A stretch of DNA of 64,000 nt from the human T2T-CHM13v2.0 reference genome, Homo sapiens, in NCBI RefSeq assembly GCF_009914755.1, contig NC_060927.1, one strand, 5' to 3'. The notes beneath the pieces are model-generated. The model saw only the letters and a program-made list of their open reading frames with translations. It was not told where the DNA came from and did no database searches. The position numbers were made by a program, and so were the translations under genes. Positions 27,067 to 39,108 of the stretch are shown here, one piece after another (the first letter of the stretch is position 1; each line of letters begins with the position of its first letter).

Positions 27067-27174
27067 ATTTTTATAACTCCAGAAAGAAATTTCATATTGT
27101 TTAGCAGTCACAATTGGAGCAAATGGGGAGTGACTGCTAAACAATATGAAATTTCTTTTTGGAATTATAAAAAT
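27067..27174. repeat. 45-bp inverted repeat with 18-nt spacer
   Basis: 27067-27111 is the reverse complement of 27130-27174 with 2 mismatches. Confidence 0.95.
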
Positions 27175-27931
27175 GTTCTGGAATTAGATAATGGTGATGA
27201 GTTATGCAATGTGAATATACTAATAATCCACTGGATTGTACACATTAAATGAGTGGATTGTATGATATTAAATTATATTTAATAAAAATAAAAAAATAAA
27301 AAATTTAAAAAGAAAGCATATAGAAGGCTTGAATAACATAATCAACAAACTTGACTTAATTGATATTTATAGCACATTCCACTCAACAGCAAAATACACA
27401 TTCTTGTCACATGTACATGGAACATTCACTAATATAGATAATATTCTGGGCCACAAAACAAGCCTTTAAAAATGTAAAAGTATTGAAATCATACAATATA
27501 TGTTCTTTGTCCATAACTCAATTAAACTAGAACTCAGTAGTAGAAAGATATCTGAAAATCTCCCAATATTTGGAAATTAAATAACATAGTGCTAAATAAC
27601 TCACGAGTCAAATAGAAATTCACAAGATAAATTAGAAAATATGGTTAGTTTAATGAAATAAAAACACAGCATCAGCTAAAATAATGCTTAGAGAGAAATT
27701 TATAGAATCAAAGACTAATATTAGGAAAGAAGAAATGCCTCTAAACTTTCAGCTTAAGAAACTAGAAAAAAAGAGTAAATCAAATCCAAAGCAAGCAGAA
27801 AGAAGACACTATATGAAAAGAGCAGAAATCAATGAAATTTAAAATGGAAAAGCAATAGAGAAAATCAATGAAACAAAAACTAGTTCTTTTAAAAAAATCA
27901 ATAAAATTTGACAATCCTCCAGCAAGCCCGA

Positions 27932-28136
27932 AAAAGAAAAAAGAAAGAAGAAACAAATCACAAATATCAAGGATGTAACAGGAGATATCACTATGTACCC
28001 TGCAGACACCAAAAGGATAATAAGGGAATACTATGAAAAGAAAAAAGAAAGAAGAAACAAATCACAAATATCAAGGATGTAACAGGAGATATCACTACAT
28101 ACCCTGCAGACACCAAAAGGATAAGGGAATACTATG
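27932..28136 (+). repeat. ~104-bp tandem duplication within old L1 ORF2
   Basis: Units 27932-28035 and 28036-28136 differ only by tg/ca at one site and a 3-bp indel. Confidence 0.95.
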
Positions 28137-29989
28137 AAAAACTCTACACACATAAGTTTGACAACTTAAATGAAATAGACCAATACCTTGAAAAGCACAA
28201 ACTACCACAGCTTGTCCAATGTGAAATAGATAATTTGAATAGTGTTAACAATTAAAGAAATTGAGTTCATGATTACAAACCACCTAACAAAGAATACTCC
28301 AGCCCTAATTGTCTATTCTGCTGAATTCTATCAAACACTAAAGAAAGAAGACTAATTCTATGTAGTGTATTCCAGAAAATAAAAGAGGAGAAGATACTCC
28401 CCAACTCATTTTTTAATATGAGTATTATCGTGATACCAAAACCGGTTAAAGACATTACAAGAAAGGAAAACTACAGATCAATATTCCTACAGACCAATTT
28501 TCCTACACGCAAACATCTTCAACAAAATGCTAGCAAATGAAATCCAGTGGTATAAAAAGACCAATTATAAAAGAAATGCAAGGCTGGTTCAATGTTTAAA
28601 AATCAATATAATTTACCATATCAACAGATGAGGGGAAAAAAAGCATAAGATCATTTCAACAAATGCAGCAAAAACATTTGACAAAAATCAACAGAGGCTC
28701 ATAATACAAACTGTCAGCAAACTAGAAATAGAAGGGAAAGTCATCAACTCAATAAAGGCCATCTTAGTTCTTTTGACCTAATTGATATTTACAGAATGTT
28801 CCACCCAACAGCAGAATATGCATTCTTATCAAGTGCACTTGGAGCATTTACTACAACTACCTACATACCTACAGCTACCATCATTCTTAATGGCAGAAGA
28901 CTGAATACTTTCCTTCTAAGATAAGGTATAAGGCAAGGCTGTCTGCTCTCACCACCTCTATTCAATGTTGTACTACAGACCCTAGCTAGTGCAATCAGGC
29001 AAGAAAAAGAAATTACATGCATACACATTGGAAAGAAAGAAATAAAACTGTCTCTATTCATAGATGTCATGATTGTCTACATAAAAAATGCCAATGCACC
29101 TATAAAAAAAGTGACTCAAACTAAAAAGTGAATTAGCACCTGTGCAAGATACATGTCAAAATGAAAAAATCAATTCCATTTCTATATGCTATGAATACAT
29201 AATTAGAAATTAAAATGAAAATATTATTTACATTAGCATTAAAAAATCATGACACTTATAAGTTATATAACAAAATACATGAAAGATCTGTATGCTGAAA
29301 ACTCAAAACATTGAGAAAAATCACTGTACACATTTGTCAAAACTCCTAGATCATACATATAAAATTGGTGAGCTTTATTATATATAAATTATATCTCAAT
29401 AAATCTGATTTTAAAAGACAGAAGGAGAGAGGCCCTCTGGTTGGCACAAAGAGGATGGGTTGGTGAGGGTGATCAAGACTAAAGGCCTAGATGTTAATTA
29501 TTTAGAGACAAAAGCTAGAATATTCAAAAAGAAATTTGAATGAGAAATGAGAGGAAAGCACAAGAAGACCAAAAAAGGGAAAAAACAGAAGCACAGAAAC
29601 AGATGAGCTTCCTGAGCGCAGATTTGTGTCCTAAGATAACTTGGAGACAAGGCACAGATTGGCATGACAGACACTCCCTGGGTACACAGGCCCCTGTTCC
29701 TTCTTCTGCCCTACTTTGGTCTCACTTGAATGTTGCACCAAGCAGCTCAGGCTAATTCCAAGGTAGGCTCGTGCTAATACCACTGCTTCGGTTTGCCACA
29801 CACATTTTTAGTACTCCCTGAAGATTGCTTCTACTGTTGGTAGAATTTGGTAGAATTCTAAGTTACCTTCTGAGGCTGGAATGCCCAGAGGACACTTGTT
29901 TACTCTCTTGGTTGGTGAGCCCATATTCCTGCTGGGCACTCACCCAGTGGCCATTTCTTATGTTCACATAATTCCACCTTGGTAAGGTG

Positions 29990-30081
29990 GTCCCATGCAA
30001 TATAGGGAACTTATATTCTTTATCTGAAATTTACATTTAACCGGTTTTTCTGTATTTTTACTTGCTAAATTTGACAACCTT
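29990..30081 (+). mobile_element. MER53-like hAT fragment
   Basis: tatctgaaatttacatttaaccgg..tgtatttttacttgctaaatttgacaacct resembles the MER53 terminus. Confidence 0.6.
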
Positions 30082-32934
30082 ATACCTGAGGGCTTTCCCC
30101 CAAGATTCTGCCTCTGCCTATTGTCCCTCCTAAGTAATCCCTGAGACACTGTTTACTCTGAATCTTATCACCTAGGGTTAATAGTGGAAATATGTTTATC
30201 CATCAAGAAACAAAAACAGCCTGCCCAACAACTGGAAGAGAGGGATTGTCCTCTCAAGATTCAGGCTAGCCAAAAGAATGGAAGTATCTTTTTCTTAAAC
30301 AGCTATTTCCTCAACCACAGGTAATAAAAAACTGCTTTGTCCTGTCTCCTCACCATGGAGCAAAGGGGTATTTCCTTTTGCATGTTTAGATATAAAGATT
30401 AAGTTCTTGCCTTAAACTAGTAGCAATAAGTTAAAGATGTAACCAATATAACTTAAGATTGTTTTACTTCTTTTTCAAGTTATTTTACCTACATTTTGTA
30501 TGGAAAGGTCTTAAGGAACCTATTTTTTTCCCCAGTGTGTCAGAGTTTACATTGAAAGTAATTTCATACTAAAGGAAAACAACGTGAATCATGGCATTTG
30601 GTACAAGGATTAAGAATTCTTTATTGTCTGCATAGTGCTCTAAAACGTCTTATGAATAAGCCGGTATTTTCGATCTTCAGCTGAATCAGCTTTATTATTT
30701 GAAATCTGTGATCTTATACTTGTATTTTGAGCACATTTTTCATCCTCATTAATAATGAAAATGAGATTGTTAATGAGGCTAAATGACATGGCTGGGGTTA
30801 CAGTAAGTTGATTGTTACAGAGTTCCTGAGTCAGAAATTCTTGCTCCCTTTTCTCTCCGTGCAAATGGTGATGAGAAATCTATCTATAATCTGATATATT
30901 ATAATTATAATCCATCTTACAATCTATCTATAAGATAATTATCTTTTATATTCTGGTTCTCCATTTTTTTCTGTTATGATCCACAATTAAGAACATATGA
31001 CTTAAATATTTAAGAATTGGATAGAAGTATTCATCCATAAATTTTTCTCCCCAAAAAAGCCACAATCCATAGCCCCAAACCACATGAGTAATACCTATAT
31101 GTGTAAATATGATTCTTGTGTATTAAATACATATATGTATATATCATGTTAAGATACACACAGTTGGCATATATTATATACTGCCAGGTGGGTACATGTG
31201 ATTGGAGGAAAAGACTGTTGTCTCTCTGCACTCCATTTTCCTTTGCCCCACTCTATCACTTAGGCATGCAACCTCTTTGCTTCAAGTTATTATAGCAGAA
31301 AAAAAGGCTATGCCTTTTAAAAGCATAGGTGCTGAGGGGCTCAGGGCATAAAGAAGACCTAATGAGAAGGAGACAGCCTTCCCTTTGACCCTTAATTCCT
31401 CCAAAGGTTCACAGGTTAGTGGCATAGGGAAAGGAAGACAATTAGAGGGGAGGCAAAGAGAGGTTAGCTAAACTCTGGCGTGACCTGAGAAACGGTCCCA
31501 CATTGCTGCTCCCTCCCCTAGGCTAAAACCCTGGGAAGGAGGTAAGGAGCAGGGTAAGAAAAATACCAAGTAAAAGGAGAGGATCTGAGCGTGGTGAGCA
31601 TCTACTCTCTTGTCCCTCTACCCAACCTCAAAGGGGTGGCAGCCAGAACCAGAGTCCCCTGGAATCTTCATGTGCATTCTGGAGCAGCAGGGTTCAGGGC
31701 CCCAGGCAACCTCATGGAGCTGCTTGTGCCCTGGGCTGCAGCTCTGAGAGCATTGAACCCTTGGAGCCTTGCTGCCTCTGTGTGTGAACAATCAAAGACC
31801 AGACAGCAATAAGGATGCCTCAGTCTTCACCAACTTGGACAGATCATGACCCAGACCAGACACCCCCTTCCACCCACTGCCTGGGCACACAGCTCTTCTC
31901 CGGCAACTTAGAAGGGAGGAGAAACCCTCCTTGACTGAGATTGTTTCCTCATAAGATGTGTTAAAGTTTGTTCTCATGAGACTAAATAAAGTGATATATT
32001 TTATACCACTAAGTTTGTGGTGTGAAATACCCTATACACACACATATACATATACACAATGTCCATATATATAATTTTTATTTATACCTTATATATAATT
32101 TTACCTATACCTATAATTTTTTATTTATACCTATGTGGTATATATTTTATATCTTTTAGTTATGTGCATCCTCTATTTTATGTTTCTGGTTTGTTTTAGG
32201 GAATTTGCTTGGGAAGTGGACAATAAGAAGGGTAGGCTTTTCTTTGCTATCTGTGATGGGGACTTGAAAGGGTACACAAAAAACTTAGTATTTTAGTGGT
32301 TAAGATAAGGAAAATGAAAAGAAATTGTGTGGGTGTGTGTGGTACATATATGTGCATAGATGGACACGTAGATACATAGGTAGGTAGATAGATATGGAGC
32401 TGCCATCTCTCTGCCTACAGCAGTTTTCCTGATGCAGAAAAACCAGAGTGCCACGAAAGCCTCCACATAAACTTGAATAACATTATCTCCTGGGTTCTCC
32501 AGTCCTCGTCACCAGTCTTAGCTATGCGGTTCATCTCGTGGCCTCTTGTGCTCTCACAAAAGATGGGTAGAATTCCTGCTTTAATTCTGGTGCTGGATTG
32601 TGCTTTTTAAAATAATTAGATGGTGAATGGGGAACACGTTGACTTAATTTGGCCCAGCAAGACTTTTTCTCTATTAATGAGGGCAGCATGAATAAATGAA
32701 AGACCCTTTCTGCAATAACCTGTCAAAGACTCTTTTTCAGATAAAGCATTGGTCGTAGGTTTTTATTTTCAGGAAGAAGGAAAAGAAGTACATTTATTTA
32801 TAAAATAATGAAAGAAAAAAGAGAAAGGTTTTTGGTGTCTCTTCATGAATCACTTAAACAAACAAACAGAAAAAGAGAGGGATTAGTGAATAGCAACCCA
32901 GATGGAGAATTTGCTTATGGGAGGGGCAAAATGG

Positions 32935-33150
32935 TGCAGTGACTGAAGCAAAGATCCTGGAGACAGGGGCATGGGCTCAGATCCCAGCTGTGTCTTTCAC
33001 TAGCTGGTGTTTAGCTTCTGTGCCTCAGTTATCCCACCTGTAAAGTGGTATTAAAACAGTTATCTATCTGATGGAATTGTTGTGAGAATTAAATGGTAAT
33101 CTGTAAAGAACCTAGATTAGTAAACACTATGTGTGTTGCTTGTCATTGTT
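32935..33150 (+). mobile_element. MIR SINE
   Basis: tctgtgcctcagttatcccacctgtaaagtgg..gttgtgagaattaaatg. Confidence 0.7.
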
Positions 33151-33164
33151 ATTTATTTTAAAAG

Positions 33165-33556
33165 TGTAGTAGTCCGTTCTCTCATTGCTTTGAAGAACTA
33201 CCTGAGACTAGGTAGTTTATAAAGGTAAGAGGTTTAATTGACTCACAATTCCACAGGTTGTAAAAGAAGCATGGCTGTTAGGCCTCAGGAAACTTACAAT
33301 CACGGCGGAAGCTGAAGGGGAAGCAGACACAAGCATAGCCGGAGAAAGAGGGAGAAAGTGAAGTGGGAGGCGCTACACACTTTTAAACAACCAGATCTCC
33401 TGAAAACTCTATCATGAGACAGCACTAAGGGAATGGTGGTAAACCATTGGAAACCATCCCCATAATCCAATCACCTCCCATCACACCCCACCTCCAACGC
33501 TGGGGATTACAACTCGACATGAGATTTGGGTGGGAGTACAGAGCCAAACCATATCA
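33165..33556 (-). mobile_element. MSTA-like MaLR solo LTR
   Basis: tgtagtagtccgttctc..gaactacctgagact..ggcctcaggaaacttacaatc..gagatttgggtggg..gccaaaccatatca; 5-bp TSD aaaag at 33160-33164 and 33557-33561. Confidence 0.9.
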
Positions 33557-34023
33557 AAAAGTGTAATGCGCTGAGGGTAACCACCAGTTTACCCTTCTCC
33601 ATATATGACAGAATTAGAGGAAATAACCTAGAAAGCAATGTAAAGGACTTAGGTTAGAAATAAGAAAGAACTGGAAAGTTGTTTTTTAAGTTCTGGAATG
33701 GTCTACCCAAGAAGTTATAAGTACTTAAAAAACAAAGCAGGAGAGTTAGTTACTCATTTGACCAGAATAGTTTGGGTGCAAATCTGTTATACTAGAGCCA
33801 TTTCAGAATAAGCACCTACCTTCTTGACCTGATGGCTTAGAATTTCACTCAGTTCTCACACTGGGTGACTTTAAATTATCTACGTCACTGTTGACCACGG
33901 TGGATAATTGTCATTTTCCTAAATGTACATTTGCTCTGGTGGTCAACTACTGCATATTAAATCCCTAGAGAAAAGGCGTGCACTACAGTCAGAGTTGCTT
34001 GAACATTTAAGATGATAAAGATT

Positions 34024-35980
34024 GAGCAAACCCAGTGACTCACCTTCGCCGCGCTAACTCTTCGCTAGCTCTCCCCCTCAATACACGCTCACACCCTCCT
34101 CAAGATGGCGGCGGCGGCGGCGGGGGACTCCGACTCTTGAGACGCGGATGCATTCTCCGTGGAAGACCCAGTGCAGAAGGTGTGGGGCGGCGGCACTGCT
34201 GGCGGGGAGCGCTGGGAAGGCGAGGACTAAGACGAGGGCGTCAACGATAACTGGGATGACGATCAAGACTTAAAAAAAGAAGAAGCAGAAGTAAAACCAG
34301 AGGTAAAAAGTTCAGAAAAGAAAAAAACAGCAGAGAAGATAAAAGAGAAAGAACGGCAACAGAAGAAAAGCAAGAAGAAATTAAAAAGAGGTTAAAAGAA
34401 CCTGAAGAACCTAAAGTGCTAACACCAGAAGAACAATTAGCAGATAAACTGGGGCTAAATAAATTACAGGAAGAGTCAGACCTCGAATTAGCAAAGGAAA
34501 CTTTTGGTGTTAATAGTACAGTTTATGGAATAGATGCTATGAACCCATCTTCAAGAGATGATTTTACAGAGTTTGGAAAGTTACTAAAAGATAAAATTAC
34601 ACAAAATGAAAAGTCACTATATGATGTCTTTTTTTTTTGGAAATCTTAGTTCGAGATGTGTGTATTTCATTGGAAATTGATAACTTGAAAAAGATTACCA
34701 ATTCACTGACTGTACTTTGCCGTAAAAACAGAAGCAAGAAAAACCAAAAAGAAGAAGAAAGGTGTGGTTCCTGGAGAGGGATAAAAGCCACCATGAAAGA
34801 TGATCTGGCAGATTATGGTGGTTATGATGGAGGTATATGTACAAGACTATGAAGACTTCATGTGACATTTTATCTTTTCCTGGTGTCTTTTTTTTTTTTT
34901 TTTTTTGAGACGGAGTCTCGCTCTGTCTCCCAGGCTGGAGTGCAGTGGCGTGATCTCGGCTCACTGCAACCTCCGCCTCCCGGGTTCAAGCAATTCTCTG
35001 CCTCAGCCTCCCGTCCTGGTGTCATCTTTGTGTTGCCCACAATCCCTTGAACATGTAGTACAACTTCCTTTCCTTTCAGTTCTGCCAAATGCTACAATTA
35101 GAAGTGCAGTAGTATCTTTTGTGCTGGTTATTTAACCCCTCAACACTTAGGTGCTAATGTGCAAATGAGGGAACTTGGATCTTGCTGCCAAGGGGTTAAA
35201 ATTGGGAACCTCAGTGGCTACTAAATCATAGTTCAAAACGAACCTAATAATGTTGTCATTGTTGCTGTCTGATTTCATAGCAGCAGTCACTGAATTGGAA
35301 ATAAAAGGTTGCAACATGACAAAAAAAATTGTGTAGTATTTACCAGCACCATTCAGTAATACAGTCTTAACCATACCTCCTTGAACTACTTCATAACTTG
35401 TCAAGAAAACCAGCTTGCAGCAAGGGCATGTGATGTGCACCTAGTATTAAAATTGCTTTGTCTTAAAATTGAACGTAAGGATATTAAAAATACATTGTGA
35501 AGAAGACTGCTTATCTCAGAGTGAAGATACTGTGGCTGATATCTTCACTCTATAGTTTTTATATCAAACTATAGCACTAGTTTGATATAAAATTAAAATG
35601 GCCAAAACCCTCCAACTTTGAAGCTAAAGGAGGTAAACCTCTCCATTATTGCATTACATGTTGTGGAATCTCTTGAGTGCAGGCTGTCTAGTAATTTATC
35701 AGGCTATTTCTACTGATGAAGTGCTTCAGATTGGGGAGGGAAACTCTTTACTTGTTTTTATCTGCCTGATTTAAGTGTCTGAGAAACAAATCTTTGTTCT
35801 TTTAGGCCACAATGGAACAACTTTACCAGGATTTTGGCATTTCCTTTCCTTTATAAAACGTGCTCAGCACATTGCACCAGTTAACTGCAGTTTGGTAAAT
35901 TGTTATGTTAACAATTATGACATCTGCAATGTTTTATAAAGCAACTAATTTAATAAAATCACTATTTTGAGGACTAAAAA
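34024..35980 (+). pseudogene. EIF3J: Processed pseudogene of EIF3J (eIF3 subunit J): 5' UTR, disrupted CDS 34105-34865, 3' UTR
   Basis: Intronless. Translates as MAAAAAGDSDS*DADAFSVEDPV..GED*DE..DNWDD..KEEAEVKPEVK..LTPEEQLADKL..LQEESDLELAKETFGVN..DAMNPSSRDDFTEFGKLLKDKITQ..KATMKDDLADYGGYDGG..DYEDFM*. Has premature stops (34138-34140 and later) and frameshifts. AATAAA at 35952-35957, short A tail, TSD aagatgataa(a/t)gatt at 34009-34023 and 35981-35995 at a TTT/AA L1 endonuclease site. The symbol given is the parent gene; the pseudogene number is not determined. Confidence 0.97.
34888..35013 (-). mobile_element. 5'-truncated AluS right-arm insertion in the EIF3J pseudogene 3' UTR
   Basis: Poly(T) plus gagacggagtctcgctctgtc...gcctcagcctcccg; 10-bp TSD tcctggtgtc at 34878-34887 and 35014-35023. 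Confidence 0.93.
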
Positions 35981-36689
35981 AAGATGATAATGATTTACAA
36001 ACAGAGTTTTAACACTTGTTTTAACTGTTCAGAATAACCTACTATGCAAGTTGCTGCTATCAAACAAAATAGAAAGTTTCTTAAAGTTTTCCCAGACTCA
36101 GTTGTATGACTTGATACATGCTCTTTAGTTGCTTGAAAAAAGGTCAAGACACAATACAGAACGATTAGAATAAACTTTAAAAACTAGGTTCCTGGGACCA
36201 TATGTGAGCTGCTAGTATTTTGCCACCAGGAACCAAAAACTGTCTATGGCCAGCTGATGTTTTGGCCATTACTAATCCAAAAGATACTTCGACATAAGCA
36301 GAATAAAGGATTTTACATCATGGTGCCTGATTAATTTTACAGGTAACTCTTGCCTAAAGATCAATATAGACACTTGCAAACAAGACTAGACAATCTGTAA
36401 GAGAGTCATATTTGACTGCAGTATTGTCACCATAGGAAGAGTAATAGTGCTTTTGGTCTATATTACAGTCAGAGTTGAAAGGACCTTAACAATGATCAAG
36501 GGTAACCCCTTCCCCTCATTTTTCAGATGGCAAAACTGAGAGATTTCAAGAGTTTAAAATCTTTATTTAAAGCCCAACAGCTTGCTAGTAGCAGAGCTGG
36601 GATAGGAATTCAGATCCCCTGCCTAGACCTTCAACTTCATCTCGTCCCATCTCTCTCTCACCGCCCCAGACACCCTTGTCCTCATTCAG

Positions 36690-37060
36690 TTCTCCTGACC
36701 AGCCAGGCTTGGTCCCACCTCAGGCTTGGGCACTTGTTTCCTCTACCTGGCCCCCTCTCTACTCCTACGGCTTCTCCTGGCAAGTATTACCTCAATTATG
36801 ATCCTTTATAGAGGTTCTTTCTAAAATCCAGCAATCACTGTCTATCATATCACTCTGTTTAATTTTCTTCTCAACATTTATGGATATCTGAAATTATCAT
36901 CTTTATTAACTATTATTTCTCTATTATTTTCATGCCATTCACAGGTAACCTTCAGGATAGCTGGGGCTTTACCTGTCTTGTTCTCTGCTGTATTTTCTGC
37001 TTCTAGAATGATGTCTGGTACAGTGTAGGTGCTCCGTGAATACTGTTAAATGTATAAAGG
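36690..37060 (+). mobile_element. L2 3' region
   Basis: cccacctcagg..gcacttgtttcctct..tgtcttgttctctgctgtatt..gtaggtgctccgtgaatactgttaaatg. Confidence 0.65.
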
Positions 37061-37144
37061 AAGAAAAAGAGAGCTTTTAAGAGTTGCTCTGTTTATCTGT
37101 ATCTTCTGATTATCCTGTACTTCCATCGTAATGTAGCACATTAA

Positions 37145-37300
37145 TACTAACTACTATTTATTGAGGATGTGCTATATTTTCAAATGTTATGTTAGGCCTT
37201 TTACAAATCTTACCTCATTGTCTTCACAACAACCCTAGGTGGAAGGCATAATTACCCCTGTTTTACTGATGCAAAAGTTGAGGCTGAGAGAATTTGAGTG
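37145..37300 (-). mobile_element. MIR SINE
   Basis: tcttcacaacaaccctaggtgg..attacccctgttttactgatgcaaaagttgaggctgagaga. Confidence 0.6.
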
Positions 37301-39108
37301 GCTCAAGCATCTGGCAAAGCCACATCCAGATCCGTACTTTTCCAACTTGAAAGTAATCATGGCTAAGATTTGCAACCTCCTGTGTTTATTATATCTGTTC
37401 CCAGGTGTTCAGTATCAGGGCAATATCAGTAAAAACAATTATAGAACACTTATCAGATTGTAAGCGCTCAGAATGGGTTTAATTTCACATTAATAATGAA
37501 GCAGTCAGTTGGAAGTACAAAGATGCTCATAATTGCATTGATCTGTGAATGTTCAAGAGAGCTTGGCATCCTCACCTGTTTAGGGTTTGATTTATTGGTT
37601 GTCTCTGCTAGGGCTCATGACAGGAGAGGGGACCTAGAGTGTTCTGTGAAAAGAAAGCTGTTGGCTGTGGGCTGAGAGCTCAGGAGGGGCCAATGTCAAG
37701 TTTGGGGTTCAGCCTGCCCTTGTGCAGGAGGCCTCCACCTGAAGGAGATGGGGTTGGGGTTTCTTCATTCAGGCAGTGAATCAGGATCTTAAGAAGAATT
37801 GTAAACAGGACCCATAGCCCTCATCTTGTTCTCTGTGCTGATATGAATGACTAACTGCCCTCGGCTCCCCAATCTGTAAATGTGGAGTGCTATGTAAATG
37901 CTGACTGACAACCATGTTGGAAAATGGTTTCGTGTCATTTGGGGCTGGCAGCCTTTTGTGGCAGGCTATTTTCAAGGCTACTGTAACTTTCTGCCTTGAT
38001 TCTTACATCTTCACTATTATGGGAGAAGGGAGGTGGGACACCAGAAGAAGGTCAAACAGCTGTTCACTACAAGTCTGAGGATATTTCTAGTCTACCCAGA
38101 GAGCACCAGACAGAGAAGGTTCAGGAGTGGGGTCACTGGTCTAGTCGGATGATTCTAATCCTGGCCCTGGTCACAGGCATTAGGCACAGGCCTAATGTCC
38201 TCCATGGACATTGTCTTCTGCCTCCTGTCCCAATGCCTCAGTCCTTTCAAATGCGTTCCTGCCACCCTTCCTGCTAGCCTATCCCCTGGAGTTCTATCAC
38301 AAGAGCCCACTTTCATGACTGGAGCTTGCACTTTGTAGACTGCTGGGGCATCCCTAAGCAGTGGGTTGCATGTGAAAAAAATAAAACTGGATTTGAAAAT
38401 ATGTTAATGGCAAAAGGAAAGACTACTACTTGGACATTAGATGTAAAGTGGAAGGGGTGAAATGTTTTTCTTTAGCAGGCTACCTGGCAGCTTCAGGATA
38501 GCAATATGGGAGAAGAAAGTAGACCATGAGGTTTTAATGAGATGTTGTGGCTTTTATGAGGGAAAACAGAAAAGGCCTGGGAGGAAAGCAGGATATGCTC
38601 ACTGAGGCTGGGGGTTCACCTAAGAGGAGTGTGTAGGATTGGAAAAGACAGGGGGCTGGTTTAGGGAATTTCAGCTGCCAGAATCCTGGGGTGCCAGGAG
38701 AGAGCAGGTGTCTTTCAAAGTCAAGGGACAGTCATGGAGCTCAGATGGGAAAGGACTCAGCTGTTTTAACGTAGATTTCCAGTGATCAGGGCTGGGAAGG
38801 ATTGGCAGATTTTAAGGCTGGTAAGCAGAGCACCTGCACCTTGAATGACAAATCAGTCATGTGGCTCAAAGAAGCAGCACAAACAAAGCAAGCTGTTCCT
38901 AGGGCTGGCTGAGCCATTACCAAGGTCAGAGGAAGCCTTAACTGGGAGCATGGCACACTGAGCTCTGATGTGGCAAACGACGGAAGTCACGGTGAAGTGG
39001 TGTCCAGGCTAGGGCGTGCCATGTACACACAGGCGTGGGGGATAGGGAAAAAAGCAGAGGTTCCTAAATCCAGATGCCTACAGGAAAGAAAGGGAGTCTA
39101 CATAAGCC

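Larger units (their letters stand above)
25675..27310 (+). mobile_element. L1MB/ME-type 3' UTR fragment, split by MER82 and MSTB
   Basis: atattcatagcagcacta..aaagtggaatcaagccaaatgtccatc (25680-25790) continues at ~26865 (aaaaggaatgaagttctgaca..gaaccttgaaaatattatgctaag) to an A tail at ~27300. Confidence 0.7.
24705..29420 (+). mobile_element. Old, fragmented L1M (L1MC/MD-like) LINE with nested elements
   Basis: L1M 5'-like start caagatggagg..ccagatttaccctc; EN- and RT-region remnants at 25460-25670 and 27315-29320; L1M 3' end ..tatataaattatatctcaataaa at ~29400. Confidence 0.7.

Noticed and set aside
31300-32035. Possible ancient Gypsy-like or ERVL LTR remnant
   Set aside because: Only a vague resemblance (purine-rich body, terminal aataaa); I cannot assign a family or boundaries.
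34416-34852. EIF3J-like ORFs of 77 and 71 aa as a functional retrogene
   Set aside because: They start at GTG/TTG inside a copy with a stop at codon 12, a second early stop and several frameshifts.
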